39,556 nucleotides of DNA, from sequence record MN013085.1; one strand, written 5' to 3'. This stretch comes from Klebsiella phage vB_KpnP_NahiliMali. A program made the position numbers and the translations under genes. The notes beneath the pieces were generated by a model. It did not search any database and was not told the origin of the DNA. It saw only the letters and a program-made list of their open reading frames with translations. Of this stretch, positions 26,900 through 36,592 are shown piece after piece (position 1 is the first letter of the stretch; every line of letters starts with the position of its first letter).

Positions 26900-27331
26900 A
26901 TGATTATTCGACAGACTATGCCGATTGATGTTGAAAACTTTCTGCCTCATGAAGATGACCTTGCAGAAGCAATCGCCGCTGGCGTTAACTGGAAGGAAAA
27001 CTTAATGGGTGCGTTAGGGGAACATACGGTCTCTCTTGTGCATAACGGATGGGTAGTGGCTATTGGTGGAAACCAAGGAGACCAGTGCTGGTTCGTGACC
27101 GATAGGTGCGTCCGCTATTTAACGAATGGGGACAAGCGAGACTTCCGCAAGGCTATCTTGGATTACCGAAACAAGGTACTCAAAGAATATCCGGTGCTCT
27201 GGAATTACGTGTGGGTCGGAAACCATAACCACATTAGGTTCATGGAGTCCATCGGCGCTACCTTCCATCAAGAGTTCACGGAGTCGCCCCGCACAGGTGA
27301 GCGGTTCCAGTTATTCACAATCACAAAATAG
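26900..27331 (+). CDS. 13: Internal virion protein A (gp13 position).
   Basis: 143 aa. It lies between gp12 and gp14 in conserved order. The sequence itself is not recognised from memory. Confidence 0.55.
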   Translation: MIIRQTMPIDVENFLPHEDDLAEAIAAGVNWKENLMGALGEHTVSLVHNGWVVAIGGNQGDQCWFVTDRCVRYLTNGDKRDFRKAILDYRNKVLKEYPVLWNYVWVGNHNHIRFMESIGATFHQEFTESPRTGERFQLFTITK

Positions 27332-27340
27332 GAGGTAGTT

Positions 27341-27934
27341 ATGTGCTGGATGGTTGCTATCCCAATCGCTATGGCTGCGATGCAGGGCGCATCAAGTAAC
27401 ATGCAGGGTAACGCTGCTACAGCCGCCAATAACGATATGCTTCGTCAGCAGGCAATCCAACAGGTTAAGCAGATGAACTACACTGATGCCAACCTGAAGA
27501 TGCAACAGGCAGATGAGGCTGATGACCTGCGTATGCAGAAGACTCAGAACAACATGCAGCAGATTCGCAACATGGGAACCCTCGTGGCTGCTATTGGTGA
27601 ATCGGGCATGGAAGGTAACACAATGAAGCGACTACAGCGTGTGACTGAAGGCGACTACGTGCGGGAGGCTCAGGGTCTTAATGACAACTATGAGCGCGAC
27701 TATGCGAAAATCTTTGGCGACCGTGTGTCCAACATTGAGAACACCAAGAACACGATTACCAACTTGCAGAAGCAGGAAGGCCGCGTTAAGGGTGTGTTCG
27801 AGCAAGTCATTGATCCGCTGGGTCTCGGCATTGGTAAACTGTATGACCTGACTGATATCGGTGGTAAGAAACTCTACGGCGATAAGGTTAAGTCCAAAGT
27901 AGCTGGCGACTCTAAGAAAGCTGGTGGAAACTAA
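27341..27934 (+). CDS. 14: Internal virion protein B gp14.
   Basis: 197 aa. MCWMVAIPIAMAAMQG..., AAIGESGMEGNTMKRLQRVTEG and NYERDY parallel T7 gp14 (MCWAAAIPIAISGAQA...AAIGESMLEGSSMDRIKRVTEG..NYRRDY). Confidence 0.9.
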   Translation: MCWMVAIPIAMAAMQGASSNMQGNAATAANNDMLRQQAIQQVKQMNYTDANLKMQQADEADDLRMQKTQNNMQQIRNMGTLVAAIGESGMEGNTMKRLQRVTEGDYVREAQGLNDNYERDYAKIFGDRVSNIENTKNTITNLQKQEGRVKGVFEQVIDPLGLGIGKLYDLTDIGGKKLYGDKVKSKVAGDSKKAGGN

Positions 27935-27945
27935 AGGAGGTCTAA

Positions 27946-30210
27946 ATGGCTAACAGTATTGAAGGCGCTTTAGGTGCCAATCAGGTTCAGGGAGTAAGTC
28001 GCCTTCGTGGCGGCGCTTCCATTACCTATCAGCCCGTACAGGTGGCTGCGGACAACTCTAAGGTGAACAAGCTGGCTCAGTGGTCGCAGAACATGCAGAC
28101 CCTCGCTAAGATTGGCGAGAGTGCGTACATGAAGTATGACGCTAATCAGAAGGCTAAGGCCGATGAACGCTCCAACGAGATTATCCGTAAGTTCACCCCG
28201 GAGCAGCGTCGTCAGGCTATCAAAGATGGGACCCTACTCTATAAGGATGACCCGTATGCGATGCAGGCGCTGAAGGAGAAGACTGGTCGTAACGCTGCAT
28301 TCCTGATTGATGACGATGTGTCTCAGAAGATTCAGCAGGGCCACTTCAGGACTCGTCAGGAAATGGAGACCTACCGTCAGGAGCAGTTGACCAAGGGTGC
28401 CAAAGAGTATGCTGAGGAGTACGGTATTGACCAAGGCGATGAGTTCTTCCAGAAGGGTTTCAACTCGGATATCACCCAACGTAACATCTCGCTGTATGGC
28501 GCACATGATAACTTCATGAGCGAGCGGTACAAGCAGGGTAACACGGTGCAATCCAAGGTCGAACTGGACAGTATTCTGTCGGACCCGTCAGTTCTCCGTA
28601 ATCAGCACGCTGGTGCGATGTTCAATGGGTACATCCAGACCAACCTTAAGTCTGGTGCAATCTACTCGGATGACCAAGCCAACACAGTAATCCGCCAGTC
28701 ACTCGGTGATGTGGTGAATCGTGAGGGTGGCCGTGCATTCCTTGACAGCCTTGAGAATCAGAAGGTGACTCTTAATGGGACCACTTCGACATACCGTCAG
28801 TTGATGGGAGACGATGCATGGACCAACCTTCAGACCAAGGCGAGCCAGAGTGAGTACAGCCTCAACGCGAAACGCTCAGAGAATCTTCAGGTGTCTATCG
28901 GTGAGGCTCTCAATCAGGATGACCCGGCGAAAGGTATGGAGATGCTTCAGGCGCTCAAAGCTGAGAACAACAAGTATCAGGTAGGGGACGAAATGACTCC
29001 TCAGCGCCAGATGCTCATTCAGGCTGAGACTCAGTTGCAGGACCGAGTTCGTCAGGACACACAGCAGCGCAACAAGCAGCTGGTCAAGGCGGCTCAGGAT
29101 GACAACAAGTATCTCATCATGGACCAGCAGTTCAGCAAGCGTCTCGGTGGTGCATACGTCCCGACCGACTATAAGAACATGCCAGCGAATGAATCAACTG
29201 GTGAATGGTCTTATCAGGATGCGGTGAACTATGCCAACAAGAAGATTAATCAGATTGACCAGATGAACATCCCTGATGAGCAGAAGGACAAGATGAAGAT
29301 GCAGTATCTCCGTGCTGATGCCGACAATGGCCCGTTCCGTCAAATCTTCGGGACTCAGGTCTCTGACGCTCAGAAGGAGTGGGATGCCGCTGTGATTAAT
29401 GGCTCACTGCCAACACAGGGAACGCCAGCGCTCGATAGTCTTCGCCGTGTGATGAAAGCTGACCCATCGCTGGTTGCCTCTCTGTACCCGGAGCAGGCCG
29501 ACCTGTTCAACACGATGGATATGATGGACAGCATGGGGGTAGAACCTCAAGTCATCATTGATGCTGACCGTCAGGCTCGCACTCAGACCAAAGACATGCG
29601 CTTTGAGGCTGATAAGAACTGGCAGGACCTGAAGAACAACTCGAAGGCTCCTGAGCTGTCTCGCATCCCAACGTCACTTGATGGCGCTGCCCGTAAGATT
29701 TATGATTCAACGCTCATGCGTACCGGTAATCAGGACCTTGCTCAGCAGCAGACCACTAAGTTTCTGAAGGAGAACACTGTGACCTTCACGGCTGACGTGG
29801 ATGGTGATGCTATCGGTGTCATCCCGCGCAACATGCTTACGGTGACTTCAGACCCGGACAGTTACAAACAGGGTCAGGAGATTATCGACCGGGCCGCTAA
29901 GCAAATCGCTCAGGCGAACCCGTGGATTACCAATAAGCAACTGACTGTGTTCCAGCAGGGTAAGAGCATTTACCTCATGGACACTACTGGTCAGGTCTCG
30001 GTGCGGTACGACCAAGATACGCTCCAGCGTGTCTATGCGGATGAGCAGAACCGTGCATCTCAGAAGGCAACCGATGAGGCGCTCAGGAAGGCCAATGAAC
30101 GTGCTCCTATCTCTCAGGTAGGCAAAGCCCGTGAGGCCGCAGCTAAGCGTGTCCGTGCTAAACGTGCGTCAGTACCGAAGTTCATTTATGGACGGAAGGA
30201 AGGCGAATAA
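27946..30210 (+). CDS. 15: Internal virion protein C gp15 (ejectosome core protein).
   Basis: 754 aa, collinear with T7 gp15 (ADERSNEIIRKFTPEQRR, LLYKDDPYAMQAL, TGRNAAFLIDDDV, ITQRNISLYGAHDNF, NPWITNKQLT...IYLMDTTGQV.VRYD, KAREAAAKRVR...PKFIYGRKE). Confidence 0.98.
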   Translation: MANSIEGALGANQVQGVSRLRGGASITYQPVQVAADNSKVNKLAQWSQNMQTLAKIGESAYMKYDANQKAKADERSNEIIRKFTPEQRRQAIKDGTLLYKDDPYAMQALKEKTGRNAAFLIDDDVSQKIQQGHFRTRQEMETYRQEQLTKGAKEYAEEYGIDQGDEFFQKGFNSDITQRNISLYGAHDNFMSERYKQGNTVQSKVELDSILSDPSVLRNQHAGAMFNGYIQTNLKSGAIYSDDQANTVIRQSLGDVVNREGGRAFLDSLENQKVTLNGTTSTYRQLMGDDAWTNLQTKASQSEYSLNAKRSENLQVSIGEALNQDDPAKGMEMLQALKAENNKYQVGDEMTPQRQMLIQAETQLQDRVRQDTQQRNKQLVKAAQDDNKYLIMDQQFSKRLGGAYVPTDYKNMPANESTGEWSYQDAVNYANKKINQIDQMNIPDEQKDKMKMQYLRADADNGPFRQIFGTQVSDAQKEWDAAVINGSLPTQGTPALDSLRRVMKADPSLVASLYPEQADLFNTMDMMDSMGVEPQVIIDADRQARTQTKDMRFEADKNWQDLKNNSKAPELSRIPTSLDGAARKIYDSTLMRTGNQDLAQQQTTKFLKENTVTFTADVDGDAIGVIPRNMLTVTSDPDSYKQGQEIIDRAAKQIAQANPWITNKQLTVFQQGKSIYLMDTTGQVSVRYDQDTLQRVYADEQNRASQKATDEALRKANERAPISQVGKAREAAAKRVRAKRASVPKFIYGRKEGE

Positions 30211-30237
30211 TCCCAATAACCACTAAGGAGGCTCCTC

Positions 30238-33200
30238 GTGGAAACTTATGATTCAAACAAACCGTCACAATATGATTCACTGATTCAGAAAGCAGCCGAT
30301 GAGCATGGAGTCTCCTATGGTTACATGCGTAAGCTGCTCTGGAATGAGTCTCGCTTTAAGCCAGACGCTAAGTCACCTACAGGCCCGGTGGGAATCGGGC
30401 AGTTCACTGCTGCGACCGCTAAGTCGATGGGTCTGAATGTGGACCCGGCGAACGGTGTGGATGACCGTCTGGACCCCGCTAAGGCTATCCCGGCGACCGC
30501 TAAGCTGCTGGGTAGTCTCGTTCAGAAGTACAACGGAGATGAGCTGAAAGCTGCTCTGGCGTACAATCAGGGTGAAGGCCCTGCGGGTGCTCCTCAGTTA
30601 CAGGACTACGATAAAGGTGATTTCTCTCGCATCAACGCAGAGGGCATGAAGTACATGCGCAACCTGCTGGATGTGGCTAAGAGTGACCGCAAGTCAGACC
30701 TTGAGAACTTCGGTGGCATTTCCCCAAAGGCTGACGGTCTCTCACTTGACGATATCACCCACGGTGTTGGGGCCGAACCTAAAGTCAAAGTGGGTGAAAA
30801 CTTACCGGAGGCTGCGAGTGGTCTTAACATCAATGGTCAGGAGGTTGATGCTCCGGCTACACCCTTCGGTAAATCATATTGGCAGGCTCATGGAGAGACC
30901 CTTGACGATGCAGCAAGCAAGTCCACCTTCTTTGGGCTGGGAGATGCTTCAAAAGCTAACGTCGAGAACTCCACACTGGGAATGGCTGTTCGTGCCGCTC
31001 GTGTTGATAATAGCTTTGACGTGCTCAAGGATGTACTCACGCCGACTAAATGGAACAGCCACACATGGACACCGGAAGAACTCGAAAAGATTCGCAACGA
31101 GGTGAAGAACCCGGCGTACATCAATGTGGTCACTGGTGGTTCCCCTGAGAATCTGGATGAGCTAATCAAGTTGGCCAACGAGAACGCTGAGAGTGACGCT
31201 AAGGCTTCACAGGCTGGGTTAGGCGCTCAGATTGCTGGTGGCGTTCTTGGGGCTGCGGCAGACCCTCTCTCGTATGTCCCAATGGCTGGTACTGCCCTGA
31301 AGGGTGCCAAGGTGGTTAACAAGGCAATGTCTATCGGTCTTCAGTCGGCTGCACTCAATGTGGCCTCTGAGGGAATCCGTACATCGGTCGCTGGTGGTGA
31401 TGCTCACTTTGCAGAAGCTGCTGCTGGTGGGATGCTGTTCGGCTCAGGTATGAGTCTGGTCGCTGATGGAATCGGTAAGGCCCTCGGTCGTGACCCATTC
31501 CGTGCTGCCTCCATTCGCCTTGAGGCCCGTGAGACTGCTCGTAACACCAATGGTGCTGACCTGTCCCGGATGCCAGTTAATGATGGCACCGAGATGACCC
31601 ATAGTGTTCAGGGTGTTCCCTTCGCGGAGTTAGCGAGTGAACCCGGTGCGGTCCGTATGGCTGATGGTTCTATCCTGAGTGCTACCAACCCGGCTAACCC
31701 TCGGACACTTTCTGAGGCTGCTGAGCTGGATGTGTTCAACGATAAAGCAGCATTCGCTATGAACCTCGGTGGATTCTCTGAGTTGTCCACTAAGATTATG
31801 CGCTCAGAATCTCCTGAAGTGCGTGGCTTAGGGTATGACTTAGTGCGCCCGGTAACTGGTATGCAGGATGGCTCTAACGGTAAGTTCGGGACCACTGCGA
31901 GTGATATCCATGAGCGACTGAGGGCTACAGACACTCGGTCTTATAACCAGCTGTTCGACGCTGTGAAGCAGGCAATGAAGGACCCTGAGTTCTCTACAGG
32001 TGCCGTAATGAACTCTGCTGCTGCCCGTCAAGTCATCTACAAGCGTGCTGCCCTTGCGATTGAACGCCCTGAGTTACAGGCGAACCTGACCAAGAGTGAA
32101 CGTAAAGTGATGGACCTGATGAAGCAGCACTTCGATGCTAAGCGTGAGATGATGGAGAACCCGGCAATGTTCGGTAACGAGAATGCAGTAAGCATTTTCC
32201 CCAACAGTCGCCACAAGGGAACTTACGTCCCTAACGTTTACTCACGGGAGGCCAAGCAGTTATACACTGAGGCTCTCGGAGGTCCTGAAGGATTACAGGA
32301 AGCAATCAAGAAGTCATGGTTAACCAGCTATCTCTCTCGCCCTGAAGTTAAGGCACGAGTGGATGAGGCTCTGCTGGAGGCTGACCCGTCTCTGACCGAC
32401 CCCGCTAAGCTACGTGCAGCAGTCGAGAAGTACGCCAACGATAAGGCATACGGTATCAGCCATACGTCTGACTTCCATGCGTCCTCTGTGCTGGATGACA
32501 ACGTGAACCTCGGTGAAGGTCTGGTGGGTCTGGAGAACAATAAGTTCCTTGAAGCCCGTAACCTGTTCGATAGCGATATGCCAATCACTCTGCCTGATGG
32601 AAATCAGTTCTCAGTGAATGACCTGCGTGACTTCGATATGCGGACCATCATGCCTTCTTATGACCGTCGAGTTAATGGTGACATTGCCATCATGGGTGGG
32701 ACCGGGAAGACTACGGCTGAGCTGAAAGAGCAAATCCTCGCTATGAAGAAAAAGGCTGACACCTCTGGTGATGGCACTATTCGTTCTGACGTGGATGCTC
32801 TGACAGATACCGTTAAGATTCTCACCGGGCGCTCTCGTCGTGAGCCTGATGGGAACTGGGGTACTGTGATGCGGGCAATGAACGACCTGAGCTTCTTCGC
32901 TAAGAACGCCTACATGGGCGCTCAGAACATCACTGAGGTTGCAGGACTGGTGGCTAACGGGAACGTCAGGACGATGCTTAAGGCAATCCCCGGACTGAAC
33001 CGACTGGCAACTAAGCGTACCTCGCTGAGCACGAAAGAACTCGGTGAGCTGCACACTCAGATGTTCGGTAAGGAAGTGGACGATATCATTCGCCCAACCC
33101 GTCAGGACCTCGTTCAGCGACTGCGTGAGAACACTGATAGCCCTAACGCTGCTGGCGTAGTGGGAACCATCAAGTTCGGTACTCAGGAGCTGGCTGCTCG

Positions 33201-34212
33201 TTCCCCTTGGACGAAGATGCTGAATGGCACCACCAACTATCTGCTGGATGCTGGTCGTCAGGGTGTTCTCTCGGATGTACTGGATGCGACCATGAAGGGT
33301 AAGAACTCACGGTTCGCTAAGGACAACTTGCTGAAGGCTTCGAGTATCTCCAAGGAGCAGTGGGCTGGTGTTAAGGACCTGATTAACCAGTATGTGACTC
33401 GTGGTGAAGATGGGCGTTTGACTATCGCTGACAAGCAGGCTTTCAGTAATGACCCTCGTGCTATGACCCTCTGGCGTCTGGCTGACCGGGTAGCTGATGA
33501 GACCATGCTGCGTCCGCATAAGCTGAGCTTCCAAGATGCTAAGGCTTACGGCCCATTCGTGCGTAACCTGATGCAGTTCAAGTCGTTCACCATCAAGTCA
33601 CTGAATGGTCGCTTCCTGCGCTCGTTCTATCAGGCCACGAAGAACAACCGTGCGATTGACCAAGCGTTGACCGCTATGGTGTCTCTCGGTCTGGCTGCTG
33701 GTTACTACGTCAGCGCTGCTCACCTCAAGGCGTCTTCTCTGCCGAAAGAGCAACAGAAGGATTATCTGGACCGTTCACTCGACCCGAGCATGATTGCTTA
33801 CGCTGCGTTCTCTCGTAGTTCACACGTAGGTGCTCCGCTGGGTATCGCTAACTTGTTCATGGCTCCGCTGGGCTTTGACCAAGCTAAGATGGTTCGTTCC
33901 TCAATCCTGCCTCAAGGTGAGCCTAACCAGAAGGACCCTCGTGGTATCTCTTACGCTGCCACCAGCAATCCCGTTCAGAACTTCACTAACGGTGTGCTGC
34001 AACAGGTCCCATCTTTCGGGTTCGCTGCCAATGCGTTCGGTACAGGCTACAATGCGTACCACGCTCTGACTGCACCTAACAAGATGACGGAGACGGACTT
34101 CATGACTGGCCTGTATAACACCAGCCGTGAGTTAGTCCCTAACGACCCGGTGACTCAGCAAATCATGTTGCACATTGCCAACGAGAGCGGTATCCACCTC
34201 GACGGTAAGTGA
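30238..34212 (+). CDS. 16: Internal virion protein D gp16, with an N-terminal lytic transglycosylase domain.
   Basis: 1324 aa, GTG start. N-terminal SLT motifs (YDSLIQKAADEHGVSYGYMRKLLWNESRF, PVGIGQFT.ATAK, ALAYNQGEG). It is long-range collinear with T7 gp16 (AYINVVTGGSPENLDELIKLANEN, MPSYDRRVNGDIAIMGGTGKTT, TIKSLN.RFLR). Confidence 0.98.
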   Translation: METYDSNKPSQYDSLIQKAADEHGVSYGYMRKLLWNESRFKPDAKSPTGPVGIGQFTAATAKSMGLNVDPANGVDDRLDPAKAIPATAKLLGSLVQKYNGDELKAALAYNQGEGPAGAPQLQDYDKGDFSRINAEGMKYMRNLLDVAKSDRKSDLENFGGISPKADGLSLDDITHGVGAEPKVKVGENLPEAASGLNINGQEVDAPATPFGKSYWQAHGETLDDAASKSTFFGLGDASKANVENSTLGMAVRAARVDNSFDVLKDVLTPTKWNSHTWTPEELEKIRNEVKNPAYINVVTGGSPENLDELIKLANENAESDAKASQAGLGAQIAGGVLGAAADPLSYVPMAGTALKGAKVVNKAMSIGLQSAALNVASEGIRTSVAGGDAHFAEAAAGGMLFGSGMSLVADGIGKALGRDPFRAASIRLEARETARNTNGADLSRMPVNDGTEMTHSVQGVPFAELASEPGAVRMADGSILSATNPANPRTLSEAAELDVFNDKAAFAMNLGGFSELSTKIMRSESPEVRGLGYDLVRPVTGMQDGSNGKFGTTASDIHERLRATDTRSYNQLFDAVKQAMKDPEFSTGAVMNSAAARQVIYKRAALAIERPELQANLTKSERKVMDLMKQHFDAKREMMENPAMFGNENAVSIFPNSRHKGTYVPNVYSREAKQLYTEALGGPEGLQEAIKKSWLTSYLSRPEVKARVDEALLEADPSLTDPAKLRAAVEKYANDKAYGISHTSDFHASSVLDDNVNLGEGLVGLENNKFLEARNLFDSDMPITLPDGNQFSVNDLRDFDMRTIMPSYDRRVNGDIAIMGGTGKTTAELKEQILAMKKKADTSGDGTIRSDVDALTDTVKILTGRSRREPDGNWGTVMRAMNDLSFFAKNAYMGAQNITEVAGLVANGNVRTMLKAIPGLNRLATKRTSLSTKELGELHTQMFGKEVDDIIRPTRQDLVQRLRENTDSPNAAGVVGTIKFGTQELAARSPWTKMLNGTTNYLLDAGRQGVLSDVLDATMKGKNSRFAKDNLLKASSISKEQWAGVKDLINQYVTRGEDGRLTIADKQAFSNDPRAMTLWRLADRVADETMLRPHKLSFQDAKAYGPFVRNLMQFKSFTIKSLNGRFLRSFYQATKNNRAIDQALTAMVSLGLAAGYYVSAAHLKASSLPKEQQKDYLDRSLDPSMIAYAAFSRSSHVGAPLGIANLFMAPLGFDQAKMVRSSILPQGEPNQKDPRGISYAATSNPVQNFTNGVLQQVPSFGFAANAFGTGYNAYHALTAPNKMTETDFMTGLYNTSRELVPNDPVTQQIMLHIANESGIHLDGK

Positions 34213-34233
34213 TGCGACTCACTATTGGGAGTA
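34207..34233 (+). promoter_or_regulatory. Phage RNAP promoter (phi17-like). It overlaps the gene 16 stop, and the transcript begins with a 5' hairpin.
   Basis: aagtgatgcgactcactattgggagta, with a 5' hairpin gggagtac-attac-gtgctccc at 34227-34246. Confidence 0.75.
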
Positions 34234-34274
34234 CATTACGTGCTCCCTTTATTTCATTACTTAAGGAGGCTCAA

Positions 34275-35957
34275 ATGGCGAATACCATTAAGACCGTTAT
34301 GACTTACCCGCTGAATGGCTCGACTGTGGATTTCAATATTCCCTTTGAGTATCTGGCCCGTAAGTTCGTGACGATTACTCTGATTGGTACTGACCGTAAG
34401 GTGTTGGTGCTTAATCAGGATTACCGATTCTCTACGAAGACCACCATTACCTTAACGAAGGCATGGGGTCCTGCTGATGGTTACGATACCATTGAGGTTC
34501 GTCGTTATACCTCTGCGACCGACCGTCTGGTGGACTTTGCTGATGGTTCGATTCTCCGTGCGTATGACCTCAACATTGCTCAGGTGCAGACTCTCCACGT
34601 TGCTGAGGAAGCCCGAGACCTAACTGCTGACACCATTGGTGTGAACAATGATGGTAACCTTGATGCCCGTGGTCGTCGTATCGTGAACGTAGCTGATGCT
34701 GTTGATGACTTCGACGCGATTAACTTGCACATGATGAAGACGTGGAGTAGCTCAGCACTGAACTCTGCTCAGGCTGCTGCTGCATCTCAGGCTGCTGCTA
34801 AGACCTCCGAGAACAACGCCGCGACTTCTGAGCGTAACGCTAAGACCTCCGAGAACAACTCGAAGACCTCTGAGACCAATGCGTACCAATGGGCGCAACG
34901 TGCAGAGGACTCTCCGGTGCAGGGCAGCGAGTTCTCCGCTTATCACTACTCACGTAAGTCCGCTAAGAGTGCTGCGGCTGCGAGTGCTTCTGAAGGTAAT
35001 GCTGCGACTTCCGAGCGTAACGCTAAGACCTCTGAGACCAACTCAAAGGCCTCTGAGACTGCTGCCGCTGCCTCTGCGCAGACCGCTAAGACTGAAGCTG
35101 ATAAGCTAACCAACATGAACGCCTTTGCTGCTGCTATTGATTCTGTTAGCGGTAACGATGTTGTCATGAAAGGGAATGTTAAAGCGAAGGGTGACCTAAG
35201 TACAGATGGCTACGTGTTATTAGGTGAGGGATTGCGCCACGACCTGCTTATTGGAAGTACTACCTACTCCAGCCGAATCTTCACAGAGTCCGATGGTAGT
35301 GGTATTAACTTCAATAACTATCGTGTTGTCAACGGCTCGGCTACCTTACGTGCTGGCTTCAAGATTACAGACACAAACAGGTTCCAGTTCACAGGTCCTA
35401 TCGAAGCTAACGGTACGACTTCAGCATGGGCACAGGCACCAAGTAACCCGAGCAGTGGGCAATATATAAATGCTGCCGCTATCCGGTCTCAGCTGAGAGG
35501 CCGTGGGGCCAATAATGATTCAGCTGGTGCTTACGCTGGTTTATACATTCAGGAACAAGTGGGAACTGACCATAGGATTATCCTTAACCTCAATGGTTAT
35601 AATAAGGATACAAGCTGGCAGTTCAACTCCTCTGGTAAAATCAACACCCCTCAAGGCGAGGTTGCCACTACTGGTTCGGATGTGCGAATCAAAGAGAACT
35701 TCACTAAGCCTGACGGTGGTCATGGTGAGCGTCTGGATTCAATTGGTATCGTTGAGTATACTGAGATTGCAACCGGTCGTCGTCGTCGTGGCTGGGTAGC
35801 GCAACAGCTGGATTACATTGACCCACTGTATACCTCGCTTGCGGAAGGTCCAACAGGGCCTCTGATGAGCACGGATGATAGGGCGATGCTGGCTGACTTA
35901 ATCTCTGAGGTGCAGGAGCTGCGCATCCGGGTGAAAGAGCTTGAGAAAGATTATTAA
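34275..35957 (+). CDS. 17: Tail fiber protein (gp17-type). It has a T7-like N-terminal tail-attachment domain, a repeat-containing shaft, a divergent receptor-binding region, and a C-terminal intramolecular chaperone (peptidase S74-like) domain.
   Basis: The N-terminal 150 aa closely match T7 gp17 (MANTIKTVMTYPLNGS..DFNIPFEYLARKFV..LTKAWGPADGY.TIE.RR.TS.TDRLVDFADGSILRAYDLN.AQ.QT.HVAEEARDLT.DTIGVNNDG.LDARGRRIVN). The middle and C-terminus are unrelated to T7. The C-terminal TTGSDVRIKENF...GERLDSIGIVEYT...RRGWVAQQLDYIDPLYTS...ELRIRVKELEK fits the SDxRxK self-cleaving intramolecular chaperone signature of endosialidase/L-shaped tail fibers. Confidence 0.9.
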   Translation: MANTIKTVMTYPLNGSTVDFNIPFEYLARKFVTITLIGTDRKVLVLNQDYRFSTKTTITLTKAWGPADGYDTIEVRRYTSATDRLVDFADGSILRAYDLNIAQVQTLHVAEEARDLTADTIGVNNDGNLDARGRRIVNVADAVDDFDAINLHMMKTWSSSALNSAQAAAASQAAAKTSENNAATSERNAKTSENNSKTSETNAYQWAQRAEDSPVQGSEFSAYHYSRKSAKSAAAASASEGNAATSERNAKTSETNSKASETAAAASAQTAKTEADKLTNMNAFAAAIDSVSGNDVVMKGNVKAKGDLSTDGYVLLGEGLRHDLLIGSTTYSSRIFTESDGSGINFNNYRVVNGSATLRAGFKITDTNRFQFTGPIEANGTTSAWAQAPSNPSSGQYINAAAIRSQLRGRGANNDSAGAYAGLYIQEQVGTDHRIILNLNGYNKDTSWQFNSSGKINTPQGEVATTGSDVRIKENFTKPDGGHGERLDSIGIVEYTEIATGRRRRGWVAQQLDYIDPLYTSLAEGPTGPLMSTDDRAMLADLISEVQELRIRVKELEKDY

Positions 35958-36028
35958 CTTCAAGAGGAACTGAAAGCACTGTAAAGAGCGAGCAAGGCCA
36001 CGGATGGCCCACATAAGGAGGACACATC

Positions 36029-36238
36029 ATGCTGTCTATTGATTTCAATAATGAGATTATCAAAGCTGCACCTATCGCAGGTACTGCTGCTGCTGATGGT
36101 GCGAGCCGTCTTATTTGGGGCCTGTCCCTGAACGAGTGGTTCTATGTGGCTGCGATTATCTATACCTTCGCTCAGACCTTCGCGCTGTTGTGGAGGACTA
36201 TGAAGGGACGTGACAAGAAGGAGGTTGCAAATGAGTGA
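36029..36238 (+). CDS. 17.5: Class II holin gp17.5.
   Basis: 69 aa. MLSIDFNNEIIKAAPIAGTAAADGASRLIWGLSLNEWFYVAAIIYTFAQ is almost identical in pattern to T7 gp17.5. Confidence 0.95.
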   Translation: MLSIDFNNEIIKAAPIAGTAAADGASRLIWGLSLNEWFYVAAIIYTFAQTFALLWRTMKGRDKKEVANE

Positions 36239-36494
36239 TAAGACTCTAATTAAACTGCTGGAGATGCTGGACACCAATATGGCTCAACAGATGCTACGGG
36301 ACCTTCAGGATGGAGAACGCCGTACACCTCAGCTGTATAACGCAATTGGTAAACTGCTTGAGCGTCATAAGTTTCAAATCTCTAAGCTGGTCCCCGATGA
36401 GAACATCCTCGGTGGTCTGGCAGGTGCGCTGGATGAGTACAAACAGCAAACCGATAGTAATGGTCTTACGGATGAGGACCTGTACCGTCACTGA
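36231..36494 (+). CDS. 18: Terminase small subunit gp18.
   Basis: 87 aa from ATG 36231. TLIKLLEMLDTNMAQQMLRDL..ERRTPQLYNAIGKLLERHKFQI.KL.PD..ILGGLAGALDEYK....NGLTDEDLY matches T7 gp18. Confidence 0.95.
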   Translation: MSDKTLIKLLEMLDTNMAQQMLRDLQDGERRTPQLYNAIGKLLERHKFQISKLVPDENILGGLAGALDEYKQQTDSNGLTDEDLYRH

Positions 36495-36505
36495 TAGATA
36501 AACTC

Positions 36506-36530
36506 AAGGCCACTACATATAGTGGTCTTT
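36506..36530 (+). promoter_or_regulatory. Hairpin between genes 18 and 18.5 (R18.5-like processing site or weak terminator).
   Basis: aaggccacta-cata-tagtggtctt is a 10-bp stem including one G-U pair, followed by ttt. It is in the same position as T7 R18.5. Confidence 0.4.
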
Positions 36531-36592
36531 ATGATTGTCTAACACTACACGAGACAACGATACGTGAAATCTGAGAAAACAGGAGGGCTATC

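Noticed and set aside
35960-36028. Hairpin ggcca-cgga-tggcc after the tail fiber gene as a terminator.
   Set aside because: It is a 5-bp stem without a U-tract, lying directly in the holin ribosome-binding-site region. This is insufficient to call a terminator.
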